A stretch of DNA of 64,000 bases, from assembly GCF_009834535.1 (NCBI RefSeq), contig NC_045697.1:103356001-103420000 (forward strand). The letters run 5' to 3'. Origin of the DNA: Camelus ferus. Lineage: Eukaryota. Under the pieces are notes generated by a model, which searched no databases, had not been told where the DNA came from, and was given only the letters and a program-made list of their open reading frames with translations. This document shows positions 49,901 to 63,639 of the stretch, piece by piece; the stretch's first letter is position 1, and every line of letters begins with the position of its first letter. The position numbers were made by a program, and so were the translations under genes.

Positions 49901-51590
49901 GCCATTAGGGTAAGGGAAATTTTAATCACATTGCAATATCACTACGAACCTATCAGAATGGCTAATATAAAAATATAAGGACAGCATCAGATGCTACTGA
50001 GGATGCAGAGAAACCGAATCACATGTATTGCTAGAGAATTTGCAATGGTACACAGTATAGAAAACCGTTTAGCAGTTTCTTAAAACACGAAACATGCGCT
50101 CCAACGTGAGCATTTGTAGTCCTGGGCATTAATCCCAGAGAAATGAACACTTATCTTCAGACAAAACCTTGTACATGAATGTTTATAGCAGCCTTAATTG
50201 TAATAGACCCAAACTGGAACCAACACAGATGTCCTTCAATGGGTGAATGGTTAAACAAACAGTGGTGCATCTATACCATGGAATTTATTCTGTTCCATGG
50301 AATTAAAAAGAACAAAATATTGATGCACACAATAACCTAGATAAATCTAGATGAACTAGGGTGACTGAAAAAGACCAGTCCCAAAGTTACGTACTGTACA
50401 ATTCCATTTATATAACATTGGATTGAATTGGCAGTATCAGTATGTACCAATAAATGTAGATAGATTTTAAAAAAGTAAAGATACAAAGGTGTGTGAAAAT
50501 CTACACACGCCTGTATGTGTATAGATGTAGATGCCCAAATATATTCCCCAGCTCTATACAGTGAGAGGACCGGGAACACTTCAATAATATGAGCACAGCT
50601 AACTCCCAGAATGCAGCTTCTAAATACGATTCTCCACTAAAAGAAACCAAGGGTCCTTAGAGAAATGACTGATTCAGGGCTGGTAGGGAAAACACAGGAG
50701 GAGTCTGGAATATCTTATTTATGCCAGAAAGCAAGGAAGTGTTTCAAGAATGATAGATCTGTGTCAAAAAGACACAGAAACTAGCCTGAAGGGACTCCCA
50801 CTGGCCAAATCTGGGACCATTTAAGCACATCCATAAATAATGATAGTAATGGATTATAACTAACTAAATAAAGAAATCACAAATCCATTCTGATATGAAT
50901 GAATGCACGACATGGCAAATGTACTTATTCATTACATGAGGGAAAAGAGTAACTATAAAGTAAAGAAAACTGGCAGATATCATTTTAATCAAGCGATCAA
51001 AGCAAACATCATCAGTAATGGGATAAACTGAAATCATGTACCGCCCAATAAAATGCAATGAGGAGAAGGTAGCATTGCTCATTGATTTTCCTGCCAAAAA
51101 TGCATAACCTGAATCTGATCATAAGGAAACATAGACAAACTCAAATTGTGGAACATAAAACAAAATAACTAACTTGTAATCTTTAAAAGAGTCAAGGACA
51201 GGAAAGGCCAGGAAAGAATGAAACACTGTTCCAGGCTGAAGGAAGCTAACAACCGAATATAGCCCAAGATTCTGGACAGGATCCTTTTGCTAAAAAAGAT
51301 TGGTGGGACATTTGGCAATCCTTGACTGAGGGTAGAGGATTAGATGCTAGTAATGTTGCAAGTTAATTTCCTAATTTTGTTGCTATCTTCTGTTTATGTG
51401 GGAGAATGTCCCTGTTCATAGGAAATAACGTACTAAAGAATTACATATTCTTTACATAAAGAGATGGGGCATCAGGTCAGCGACTTCCTTAGATATAGTA
51501 GAATAAAAGGAGTAAAAGGGCTCCCCCCTCTCTGTACTCTACTTACAGCTTTTCTGACTGGGATGTTTCAATGTTTTTAAATAAAAGGGG
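46945..51590 (+). mobile_element. Ancient L1 (L1MC/L1MD-type) relic with 5' end, degraded ORF2 and long 3' UTR
   Basis: Endonuclease-region remnant ~47570-48175, RT-region remnant ~48190-48620 (gaagatgacatgattgtctac, the ADD motif area), ORF2 tail to ~50400, L1MC/MD-type 3' UTR (ccttagagaaatgactgattc..gccagaaagcaaggaagtg). No open frame. Confidence 0.85.
49439..49583 (-). mobile_element. tRNA-Ala-derived camelid SINE (Vic-1 type) nested in L1
   Basis: Perfect 12-bp TSD ggcagagtttta (49427-49438 / 49584-49595); A and B boxes present on minus strand. Confidence 0.93.
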
Positions 51591-51609
51591 GAAAAAATAT
51601 ATTGCCACC

Positions 51610-52215
51610 TGCTTAAAACCCAGGTATTTAAAATTTAGTATGTCTCAAATAGAAATGATCACTCTTCCAACTTGCTCCTTTGCTGCATCTCAACATTGAT
51701 TACTGGTATTTTTACCTAAGCACTTACTAAAGCTGGAAACCTGGGGATCATTCCCAATGTCTCCTTCTCTCTCACTCCTACATCTAAGCTTTATCTAGTC
51801 TGCCTCAGAAATATCCCTCGGTTGGAACCCACCTTCGCCATCCCCATCGCCACTGCCTTGACCTCGTTCTTCATCCCCGATGTCACCAAACCATCCTCCT
51901 GTCTCCAGCCTCTCTCCTCTACAGCCCTGCTGCCAATTATCTTACTAAAAGGGGCTCTTTTCATGTCATCACCCTGCTTAGAGACATCATCTGCCTCCCC
52001 AGAACTTGCAGGATAAAACCCAGCATAAATAGAGTAGTTTTCCAAGCCTTCCTCAATCCTCACCAACCACAGTCACCTTGTCTCCTGTCCCTCCTGAAGC
52101 ACCCAACCAGCTACCCACACCTCTGCACCTTCCTCGAACATGCCTGCCCTTCATTGATTTTGTTTTTATATGGCTGTTGTCCCCACTCCCTAAAATGCCT
52201 CCAGTGCCACCTTTA
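51610..52215 (+). mobile_element. L2 LINE fragment
   Basis: gctggaaacctggggatcattcccaatgtctccttctctctcactcc..tcatgtcatcaccctgcttagag..caggataaaaccca. Confidence 0.7.
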
Positions 52216-54129
52216 AAGTAGGGGACATAAATGGGAAGACCCACAAACTGAAGCTGGCCTCCAGGGTATTTTGTGTGGCCGATGCAGGGGTTTCTAAAAG
52301 GGGGAATGTGCCTCCTTTAGGTGGGGGCTTCTCTCTGCAGCTCATCACGAAGGCATCCACGTGGACTTCCTACATCTGTTTAAGGTGAGTTTTTCAATGT
52401 TCATCTCTCCTGAAGCTTTTCCTGACTTCTCCCTGGTCAAGCCTCCATTCATAACCCTGAAATATCACTTCCCACATCATCCTGAGGTCTCTACTGCATA
52501 TTGCTCAGCTCTGTGAGCATCTCAGCAAGAACTGTGGCATCCATCTAAATTCTGCAGAGGAAAGTCTAGACAGGCATTGGGCACCTCTAGCTGGGGATTT
52601 GGAAGTGATTTGTTCCTCAGTGGGAACATTACTGAGCTCCAAAGGTATCATCTAAATCACTCATTTTCCTGTGATTCCAGATCATACATCTTTTAGAGGA
52701 AAGTTCCAGGGGGAAGAGTACTTCGAAAGTTCCTTTCATCTTCCTTAAGAAAGCGGTGCTCCTATGTGTTTAGCCTTGACTGCGTATTATGTCTGATGAT
52801 GCCTTTCGGTGAGTTGTGAAGTGGAATGTGAGCTTTTCCTTAACTTTGGTGCTGGCTGACTCCACTTCTGTTTCAGGTCCGCCGGTTTTGGACAGAGAGC
52901 AAGCAAACAAAGAAGCGCCATCTCTACATATGATTATCCCAGTCCAGCAGGGCAGCAAACATATTTCTGTTACAATCATTAAAAGCCTTTTGGTTATGTG
53001 AGTAAACATCAAACTCAGGCTCACACAGAAATGAGCAAAGGGATTTGCACGATTCCACCAATACTGTATGAATGTTTATTTTTCGCTCATTTTGTTTTGA
53101 CTTTTAATTATGTTCTCTCCCTACACATTTTTAGACAGTTTGAGAAATTAAGAAGCACAACAAGCAGACGAACAGAAAGGCAGTAGTCACAAAAAGTCCT
53201 CACCAGGTGGAGTCCCTGGATGCATTCATAGTTCTGTTTGCTCCTATCAGAAATTAGAACTCATAAAAGCCAGTCACCACAGGGATGGCAAACAGATACC
53301 AGATGCATGTGGTTCCCCTTAAGAATGGTCCTCTGTGGGGTGTTCTCCGTGCTTCTGACAGTCCGCTCTGTGTCCAATTCCTGGATCCCTTAGACTAAAG
53401 CAGGCTCTTTGACTCCTTCCTGCAGTGGGAGAGAGGGAGGTGGGCTGGATGAGGAAGGGGATGCGAGCGGCTGTGGCTTTTGTATTCATCAGGGAGTGGC
53501 ACTCATTTCCTAAATCAGACCCTTGTCTCTCTATGGAGAAAGCCACAAGTTTCTAAGCCAAATTCCTATGATGGTCAAAGTTAGAAAATCTTCATTTTAC
53601 TGTTTTTTTTTTTTTTTATTGGCTAGAGTTGGTAGAAAGTTAAAATTTCTCAAAATTTAGAAAAAGGGCTTTAGACAATTTATTATCTAATTAAGGACGG
53701 GATGGCAGTGGTAACACCTAACTATGTTAACTCTGTTTAAGATGGGACAAACTATGTAGACTTTTTGGTGACAAGTGGGCTTTTTGGTTAACATATTGTT
53801 TTATATATATTCCATAAACTCTAGATGTCTCTGCCTAGATGCATGTTTTGGGACCCTTTAACTTGGGAATATGTGGGTTAATAATAGTACGCGGTGGAAC
53901 CAGTCAGCCCAGTTGCCTTCACTGATGTTCTGTAGCCTCCAGTTCTGCGATGCCATCACATGCAAGGGGCACCATCAGTCTAATACCTTGTCAAGAGAAA
54001 ACAAGCCCATTACGTTTAATACACATTTGATTTTATGATAAATTCCTATTTTAGGAATTTTGCCAAGTGGCAAGGAGAAGGAGGGAGAAATGCATCTTAA
54101 AATGGGGCTAGAAAAATGAATAATTGGAG

Positions 54130-54600
54130 TTTGTTCTTATCAAATTGGTTCAACTACAAAATGGCATCTCTTTTAAGGACATAGAAAGAGCCCTGAGGAC
54201 CTGGTGGCAGGAAGTACAGGAAGACTTCGCAAGAGCCAGGCAGTCACTCGGCAGCTGGACTCAAGTGCTGGCATGGTCTTCTCTCTGCGTGTCTCTCTGG
54301 TCCATCTTTCTGCCAGTCTTCCTATTCACCACTCCTAACTTCTGCTCCCCCATTATTGCAGCTTTGACTTTTCATGGTGTCAAATTTGGACTCAACCTGA
54401 CTGATTTCTGCCACTTGGAAGCTTATTCTTAAAGTGTTCCAAAATGCGACACGAGGAATCTGATTGGCTCAGCTTGGGTTAGTTATTCCTTCTTTGTCCA
54501 ATTAGGTTTGGCCATGGAGTCTGGATCACCTAATAAAAACAGGGGCACTCACTTCATCAGGATATGAGTGGGGTTAGGATCTCTGAAGATGGGAGGGGAG
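54130..54600 (-). mobile_element. Old MaLR LTR (MLT1K/J-like)
   Basis: gaatctgattggctcagcttgggttag..gtccaattagg..ggatcac; highly diverged. Confidence 0.45.
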
Positions 54601-55098
54601 ATAATGATTACCATTGCATGCAACTCATGGATGTGTAGGGAAATTTTCAAATCAATAGATTTTTGGAGTTAAATGAAAGATGATCATAAGCACTTTGGCT
54701 TTTATGTGAAAATGGCCAAGACAGTTAGGTTTACTGCTCACCTAACTAGTTCTGATGGTTTTAAGATGGGATGCTCCACCTTCTAGGCTATGAGCTGAAT
54801 ACTCTGCCATCTAAAAATGTCAGAGATTTAAAACTATGGGACAGAGGATTTATATAACATACATCTTATGTGCCACACTCTCCTAAGGTTTTAATTTTAA
54901 TGCAAAACATATAATGATACAGGAATGTCCTTCCATTGCTTGTGAGAGTGCCAACTGTCAGAATCCTTCTAGAAAGCAATTTGGAAACGTGTATGTATTA
55001 AGAACAGTAATGGTCCATGACTTCATTTTGAATTTGATTTGAGGCTTCTTTAAGCTGGTTACATAGTTGGTGCTCAATGAAAGCACATTGAGAAGTTA

Positions 55099-55385
55099 CA
55101 GTTGGCCCTCTGTATCCATGGATTCAACCAACCGGGAATTGAAAATACTTGAAAAAAAATTCTAGAATGTTCCAAAAAGCAAAACTTGAGTTTGCTGTGC
55201 AGGCAACTATTTACATTGTATTAGATATTATAAATAACTTGGAGATGAATTAATGTATACAGGAGGATGTGTGTAGGTAATATGGAAATACGATCCCATT
55301 TTATATAGAAGAATTGAGCATCTGTGGATTTTGGTGTCCAAAGGGGTCCTGGAACCAATCCCCCGTGGATACTGAGGGAGGACTG
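55099..55385 (+). mobile_element. MER2B-like Tigger (TcMar) MITE, complete
   Basis: TIRs cagttggccctctgtatccatgg / ccgtggatactgagggaggactg, TA target duplication on both sides (55097-55098, 55386-55387). Confidence 0.9.
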
Positions 55386-56019
55386 TAGCTTACATTTTAT
55401 TTGCTTTTTATATCAGATCTCTTCCAGCTTTTCTCTTTAACCTGCCTTACTGTGTGTGGCATATCGAGGTTATATTTGAATGAATAGAACAACACTGGCG
55501 AAAGCAGGATAAATGTGTGCATTTATAAATGTGTAAAATTGACTCTAGACTGCATGAAAATGAAACTTTGTGCTCAAGTTGGCCTGTGACTGCAGGTGTC
55601 CAATTTGAGTTCTAGGATGTGATGATTGAAGGCAAACCTGACGAGAGGTTGAGGTTTTATTATGTCCACTCTTGAGTGACATTTCATCGTCCCAGAATTT
55701 TCCTGGTCTGGCTCAACTCAGTTCCATGGGCAGCCAGACATCATCACCTTACCCAATATACAAGAGGCCCGTCTCTTTCCTTCCACATTGGCCCTTTGCC
55801 AGTAGTTGGAGAGAAGGCTGGGGCGTAGGCTGTCTCTTTAATGCTGTAGGCTTAAGAACTCCTCCCCCTTCTCTACTCACGCTCCCACATATTTTACGGT
55901 ATTCCACCTACGCTAGGTTGTTCCTGTGGAATTTTCATGTACAAAGTCTTCCAAGAATGAGATCACGTGTTGATCCTTCTGGGGAAAATATGGTAGGAGA
56001 ACTTTTTTATTTTCCCTTC

Positions 56020-56410
56020 TAGTTTAATCAAGATATAATTGATATGTAACATTGAATTCATTTTAGGTGTATAACATGATGATTATGTTATGATATATAT
56101 ATATATGATTACATAGATATATGTATATGATTATGTTATGATATGTATATACTGCAAAATGATCACCACAGTGGATTTAGTTACCATCCACCATCACACG
56201 TGGTTACAAACTTTTTTCTTGCGATAAGAACTTCTGAGATTTACCCTCAGCAACTCTCAAATGTACAATAGAGTATTGTTAACGGTAGTCATCATGCTAT
56301 GCATCACACCCCAAGAACTTACTTAGCTTACAACTAGAAGGTTGTACCTTTTGACCGCCTCCACCTGTTTGGCCCACCCCCAGCCTCCCACCCCTGGCCG
56401 CCACCCATCT
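56020..56410 (-). mobile_element. L1MA9-like 3' end
   Basis: gatataattgatatgtaacattg..tactgcaaaatgatcaccaca..ttgtaccttttgacc; contains a local (AT)-rich duplication at 56081-56150. Confidence 0.8.
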
Positions 56411-59400
56411 AAAGGCAAGAGGTCTTACAACCTGATTCTGGGCATCATTTTATAGAATTGCACAAAGGTGGTCCCAGATCTTGGAGAGAATTTGCCACCA
56501 CACATTCTTATGCACTCATCAAGGTGTTGATCAGTCCTTGTTAACTTTAGGACTCTTGTCCCCAAGGCAGTAGTGGGGATTGGTGAATGTCAACATTCTG
56601 CGTCCTCATTATAGACAAGTTCAGCTAGACTGCCATATTCACCTGTGGTTTGTCAGGAACGAGACAAATCTAACTTGAAATCACCATACTTTGGGGTGTG
56701 CAGACATCCTTGCATGTGGTAATAGCATTTTTTATTTGACATATAAAATATAGATGTTTTTAACACGATGCAGAAATTCATCACTGAGTAGAAAAACTTA
56801 GAGTTTGACTGTGAACTTACTTAAAATAACTTAAAAATTCAGTATTAACTGAATTCAGAGTTTTTAGTAGGTGTCTGAGATTCCAATGAAATTGTTAACA
56901 ACATCTGTCATGAGAAATGCCAGCTGCCTTTGGCAGGTCTGTACGATCTTTGCTGAAGAATACTTTACTAAAGGCTGCCACAGAACTCCTACTTCTTTTC
57001 CCCTTAAGATTCTTATATCTTTATGTTACCAAGAAACAGACTGAGTTTTGGGGGCTGAGGAGAATTTGGGAGGAAGGGTGAGGAAAAGGAGACAATGATT
57101 TTATCGATACTGGTTTTGAAATAAAAGTTCTAAGTAGGCCCCTGCCAAAAATCAGAATAAAAGTGAGCTGTTACAGTTCAATTTATACTCAATGTTTGAA
57201 CTGTAATTCGAATTCATTTCCTGCTAAAATTTTGCATTTTCTAAGAACTGATGGTAGAGTGACAAGATGGTCTCCAGCTTGTTCTAGGACTTAGTGTGTC
57301 GAGCCCTTTTCTCTCAAGGCTGAGGGGTAACTGCAGACTTATCTCCCCACTCCAGACTCTTCAGGGGTCTGGGAAGACGGGCCTTGGGCCCTCTGTCCTG
57401 GAGTTCCCACAGAACTTCAGACAGACCTGGCTAACTGGGCCATGATGCAGACCATTACCCTGCCAGGATGCCAGTGAGACTTCTATTACCCACCTGTACT
57501 TTGTTAATTCCTAAATTCAGCAACAGAGGGGAACTTTTGCCCTGTCCCTGGACCGGATTCCTTCCCGGAAGGGAGAAAGCTGTTGGCACTGGTACCACAC
57601 TCAGAACAAGACTACTGCCCTTGAGTCTTGTGGTAACTGAAGGTATAGAGGGCGACACAGAGCCTTCCCTGGGAGCTGAGGCACCGAGGCAGATCTGAAG
57701 CTAGTCCCGTATTTTTCAAGGTCAGTAGAAGAAGGGATATCCGATGCCGATGCCAGCTGCACGTGTAAAGTAACCTCAGCCCCACATTCTGCATTGAGTC
57801 GTATGGAAGTAAGTCAGAATCTCAAATTCAGTATGCCATGTTTCCCAATGCTGCTCAAGTAAATCGTTTGGGAAAAAGTAAACATTTTCACTCTTCCTGC
57901 CAAGGGCAAGGCATTTCAATTTCTCCTCTTTGGTGGGTGCAGCAAGAGACAAAGTAAGTGCCATTGTTCAGCCTGGACAGTTGTTACACATCTCCACTTA
58001 ATGTCATTACTCTGTCACCATGCAAAGTCATAACAGAGAACCCTGAATTTTTATCTTAACTGCTTGGTAAGCCACATAAATACTTATAATCCAAATAAAG
58101 ATATATTAATGTATACATCTACAGAAGTTTTTCTTATTTGTGTGTATTTTTATTTGTTTATGTTTATTTTATTTCTTTACTTCTTTGACTTTAATCATTT
58201 TTAATATGTAACATTTTATACATGGATATAAAAACACCTTTTTTTGTACATGAAAGTGTTTATTCTCTGGAAAATTTTAAATGAATGCTTTCCTGAGTTT
58301 TATATATTTTAGTAGGTTTTTTTTTTTTGGTTTTATATTTTATTTAGCAGAGGAGAACTCAATAGAGTTCTGCAAAGCATTGCTTTAATCGGTTGTGATT
58401 ACACTTACAATGCTTACTTACTCTTCAGTTAAATGCATTAAACGCTATTGTTTCAGAGGCCCTTGCTGTGTCAAACTGTTATTTCTGGCATTTCAATATA
58501 AGCATGAGGTCAAGAAGAATAAAGAACACCAAATAAATTTCTCAGCAGGAATTCCAGCTTCCCTTCTCCTATATGTTCAGACTTCTGATTTCTAGGAGAA
58601 AAAAGGAACTCATAGGCAGACAAAATTGTCAGAATTTTTCTATCATTGCTGGCCATGGCTTTAAGAACACTAAATGTATGGTATTCCATACCATCGTGGG
58701 GAGTTTTGTGTAGTAGAGAATGACTATAAATCTTCTTGGCTTATATAGAAAGAATAATCCTAAAATAAAATTTATTTTAAGTCCTGAAGTCATACTCTCT
58801 CTGAATCCTTTTTTATATAATTCTCCTACAGGAAAACATATCACCACGACATCTCATTTCCAGAGCTCCCATTGACGGGTGCTTTCCAAACTTCGATATC
58901 TGAATGTCTTTACAAATGTCCAATCATCATAATGCATAAAACAACATGGAGCAGTCTGACATTGTTTGTCTTTGTGTGGTTGAAAAAAAAGAGCCAAAAT
59001 AAATTGTTTGTATAGTGCAGAAATTGGAGGTTGGGATTAAATTGACCTCAGGTTAATAATAGGATGAAGATCAACTGTCAAGTAGCAAGAAAATGCTATA
59101 GCCTTGGCAATAATTAATGTTGAACAATGACTGGAGTTCAGATTATTGTAATGAGAGATGATATGCTGTTCTGACTGTCCGGAGGTCAGTGTTACTTGGT
59201 TTCTTATGGTTAGGGGTAAATAAGGGGGACTTTCTAGTAAAAACAATATAACTGGATACAATGAGCCTGCAGTGCCCCAAGGTTCATGGGAGACATTGTT
59301 AGAATGTACAAAGGGTTTATAAAATATGTAGCAACCAGTGCTTTATGGAATTTGGTGCCTGATGGAGTGCAGGGCGCCAGGGGAAGCCTGCGAAGCTAGG

Positions 59401-61627
59401 GAGGTGTTTATCCAGCTGTAGAAAACAGACCAAGATTACAGGTTCCAGAGTCCCATATGTTGGCTATTATCCTGTAATTGTAATGAATCTTTTCTTGAAT
59501 GCTTCATTTTCTGAATGGCACCATTCTTCCCATATTATATCATCAGTTGGCCTTGCTCTGATGATATATTACGTTAATATATCATTAAAGCAACACATGT
59601 ATGAGAGTAATACATGATGAGAACAAAGCACTGTGGTGGTGATGTGTTTCACAGCAGATGGCTCCAACTTGGGCAGAACAGGTAGAAGCAGAGTCAGGTC
59701 AAGAACACAAAGGTGAGCCCATCATGGCACATGTTCGTTGGCACCTGACATTTGGCTCCAGTTGTATGTTATGACCCAAGTGTATGCACATTCCTCTTTC
59801 TACTGGACCATTAATTCTTTACCAAAATCCTTGGGTATGTTGAGTCTCATTTCTGAAAAAGAGTGAAATGAAAGTCTTCTCTGAGAGAAGGTTGTCTGTA
59901 GGCAATGGACTGTCCAAGGCTGCTCTGTTTCTGGGGAGACGAGTTCACCTGGGAGTGCAAAGCTAATACTCTCTGGTCAGGATGGCAGCTGTGCCATTTG
60001 CTGATGCAGGATGGCAGCTGCACTTACTTTCCCTGCCACCTCACTACAGACATCATTTTCCCTCAATGTTTTATCGAGTCCTTTAACCTGGGACTGGTGC
60101 TTTCAAAATCAAACATGTGGTCTACAAGTAAAGAGAACAAATTCCCAAGATGCTCAATATCTCCAGAAAAACCAAAAGAGGTGGGGGGATGTAAAGAGAG
60201 AAAACCAATGCACTTTGTCTAAGATGGGTGCACGGGAGTCCTGCCACAACTGGGCCAGAGAAATGGTGCCCAGATGGGAGCAGAGGTGGAGAGCTTCCAT
60301 ACTTGCTTGGCGCCCTTTCAGACGAAGACGGACTTTTCTCTCATGGCTTGTCTTTCATCATCTTCATTCTCTCGATAATTGGTTTAGGAATTCAGGATAT
60401 GAGGAGGGTTGGGCCAGCAGGGCGCTCAGATCACAGTGGGTTTGTTGACATGTTCACAGGCAGATAGAGCCATGGCTGGACCCATGATCGGTGCTGGGAT
60501 TTTTATGGCAAAACCCCAATCACATTATTGCTGTCAGTGCGGAAATCGGATTTCTTGTTCACTGTCACCCCTTGCAGCTACTAGGCTTGATCTACAAAAA
60601 GTCCAAGGAAAGGAACAGAGTATTTGTAATAACAAAGGTAAATTCAGCTGGAAGCTGCAATTGATGGGAAGGTTTCCCTTGATCAGGGTGTGGGTGCGGG
60701 GCAGTGGTAATACTGTCTAAGTAGTGACCTCTTCCATTTGAGTGAGCCTTCAGAGAAAGGGTTATTCATTTCAGGTTTTGGCCCTTTCAGAATCCTTTCG
60801 TAGCTGTGAGGTTACTCAGCCCCTCCCTCCCTCCCACTGTTCTAGGAGACAGCAGTAATCACCTCCCAGTAAGAGCCTGCAGCAGCAGCCAACACTTTGA
60901 GAAAATGGCCCCAATTTAGAGAATGGCATCTCCTAAGGGGTTTCCTCTGGCACTTGAAGGCAAGGTTTGTGAGTGTCCAAAGCGAGGAGCATATATACTT
61001 GCTAATGTGATTTGATGGTAATTGTTGTGAGTCTTTGTCATACGACTTTTGCCCAGACTCTTGGTATGGGATACTTGTTAACTAACTGGGCATTTTCTAA
61101 GTGGATGACTTAGATGAACGGATGGATCAATTCCTTAATGGATTGACTGTCTCTAGATAGACTGCCAGATATCCCACGAGAGAGGCATAGAGAGAGAGAG
61201 TTGTTGTTTTACTAATTCTAGTTTCTTGCTTGGAAGCCACAGAGCAAAATACACATGAGTTATATGCTTGGAAGAGAAAGAACTTTGAGTGGGACTCTTT
61301 GCAAAATGCTAATCTTAAATAAAAGACACAGAAACAAGGCTCATGAGAAGAGACAGTTATCTCCCACATGAACTTGGGTCCTGTTGTGTGTATTTACCAG
61401 TGATCTTGCCACTGCCACTTAGTATTGGATGATCTGAGAAATAATCGAGTGCCATTTTTTATATTTCACCAGAATAGACTCAGTCTCCACAAGGGGACTC
61501 ATATATCCAGTCTCTGAGGTACCACAGATTAATTCATTGATTTTAAATATTTTATAAAAGGCACCCATCAAAAGGCTAGAAGCACATATCCATCAATTAA
61601 AAATTAAACAATCAAGGCAAAACAATA

Positions 61628-61639
61628 CACACACACACA

Positions 61640-61673
<34 letters not shown>
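61628..61673. repeat. (CA)n microsatellite, one interruption
   Basis: acacacacacacagacacacacacacacacacacacacacacacac. Confidence 0.95.
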
Positions 61674-61676
<3 letters not shown>

Positions 61677-62482
61677 AACCATGCCATCAATTACTGTGAA
61701 TAAGCCATCAACAGGAGACCAAGGAAAGACAAATATCTTACATCAGGTCTGCAAGAGAAATACATTTATCAGCCCACTTAATAAATGCTTTTTGACATTT
61801 AAGAGTCTGTTTCTATGTGGTCCTGTACCAAGAGAGATTTATGCATACACACTGTGTGCATTCTCAGAACTTACAGTCTAAGAAAGAACCGAGCAGCGTC
61901 CATGGAGGGCTCCAGGCATGCTCTACTAATAGGAAGTTACTTTAGAATATAACAAATTAATATGGCTGTCTTTGGGGGGGAGGGTTTTCTTGCACCACAA
62001 TCTGAATTTGGAAGATACATGAATTAGAAGAAGATAGATGAATTCGAAAGCTCACATGCTAGGAGTATGCAGTGACTCGCAGATATTTCTAAGGGGAGTG
62101 CAAATTGTTTCCAACTTCCTAGGGCAATTTGGCAATGCATATTTAAAGCCTTGAAATTGTTCATCCCCTTTGGCCCAGAAATTCTACTTGCAGGCATTTA
62201 TTTTTAAGAAATAGTCATGGAGTTTGCAAAGATCCAGCAACAAGAATATTCATTTCAGTGTTGTTCACAATAACCCAAATTTGTACAGTCTAAATGTTCA
62301 AAAATATAAGATGATTTCAATCTATTCTTGACCATGCATTTAGTGGAAGACCACCAAGTTTGTAACAAAATAATGAAGAACAATGAATGATGTCATAAGA
62401 TGAAATGAATATGCTGCAGAATGATATTACTGAATTATCACTTTTGGATTAAAAATTTATGCATTAAATACACATATGTGGT

Positions 62483-62625
62483 GGGGAGAATATAGCTCAG
62501 TGGTAGAGTGTGTGCTTAGCAGGTGTGAGGTCCTGGGTTCAATCCCCAGTACCTCCATCAAAAAAACCCCAAAAAACCAAAAAACAAAAACCTAATTATC
62601 TCCCCCTAGAGAACAAGACAAAATA
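62483..62625 (+). mobile_element. tRNA-Ala-derived camelid SINE nested in an L1ME-like fragment (~62095-62805)
   Basis: ggggagaatatagctcagtggtagag..gaggtcctgggttcaatccccagtacctcc..aaacctaattatctccccc; TSD aaatacacata / aaatatgcata. Confidence 0.92.
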
Positions 62626-63639
62626 AAATATGCATACTATGATTTCAGTGTACATGTAGATAGCACAAGACTGCAAGGAAGTGCATCCAAATATCAATAA
62701 TAAACACTTCCGTGTGATGAAATTATTGGTAATTTTAATTTTATTTTTGTTTACTTGTATTATCTTCATTTCTAAATTGGACTATTTAAAACTAATAAAA
62801 ACATACTATGATAGGTGAAAACAAGTGTCAGTATGGCTGGGGATGGGACTGGCAAGGAGAGAAAGTTGGGAGATGTAGACAGAAGCTAGAAGAGCCTTGA
62901 AGACCAAGCTAAGATAAAAGACAGTTTCTCCATATGCAGAGCATTTTATTAAAGATACATAAAATTGAATGAGTGCTACATAAACCACTGGCACTTTTGT
63001 TAAAAATTGAAGCTAATTTGAATTCCCCTCTCCTCCACCTTAAAAGCCTTCATCAAAGATCACACACTATCAGAGCTGGTGGGCTGAGTGGCCGGGAAGC
63101 TGTGTTTGCTCTGTGGTCACACGGCAGCATCGCCTTCACCAACATCCTTTGTAAGTGCTCGGTGAACCGTAGCTCTTTCCTTACCTGCCTGGGAACGTCT
63201 GTTAGGGACCTGATGGCTTCTCTGTTATTTTAACATTTGTTGCCATTATAATTTAAAATCTTCTTTATATCCAACCTATAATCCTGTAACAAGGTCATCC
63301 AAGAGTTCATTAAGAGGCAGAGCTGTAAAACACTCAGGAAAGTCGGGGACTTTGGAATAGAACTTGGATGTGCTAAATCTCTGTTGAGAAGGCCAAACAA
63401 CTACCATGATGCTCTGTGCTGTTAATTTAAGAGAGAGCACTTCAAAATATTAGAGAAAATACAGGGAAAGTAAAAAGCAATCTTAAAGCAAATATACATT
63501 ACCATGTTTGCAGATTTATGCACTTCAAGATTCATTCCCCCTCCTGCACACACTTTATATTCAGTCCTGTGGGAAAAGCAGGCTTGAATTATGTAAGTTT
63601 TGAATTATATGAGGTCTCCAGGAATACATTCTTTGCATA

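Noticed and set aside
60411..60427. CTCF-like ggccagcagggcgctc (also 52580-52594)
   Set aside because: Core spacing is off by two bases (one base at 52580) relative to the CTCF consensus.
59905..60720. Cluster of plus-strand ORFs, possible processed pseudogene
   Set aside because: No recognisable protein similarity, poly(A) tail or TSD; only a 14-bp repeat caggatggcagctg.
62483..62557. tRNA-Ala(AGC)-like sequences here and at six other sites
   Set aside because: Each continues into a shared SINE body, A-rich tail and TSD, and has stem-breaking substitutions; SINEs, not tRNA genes.
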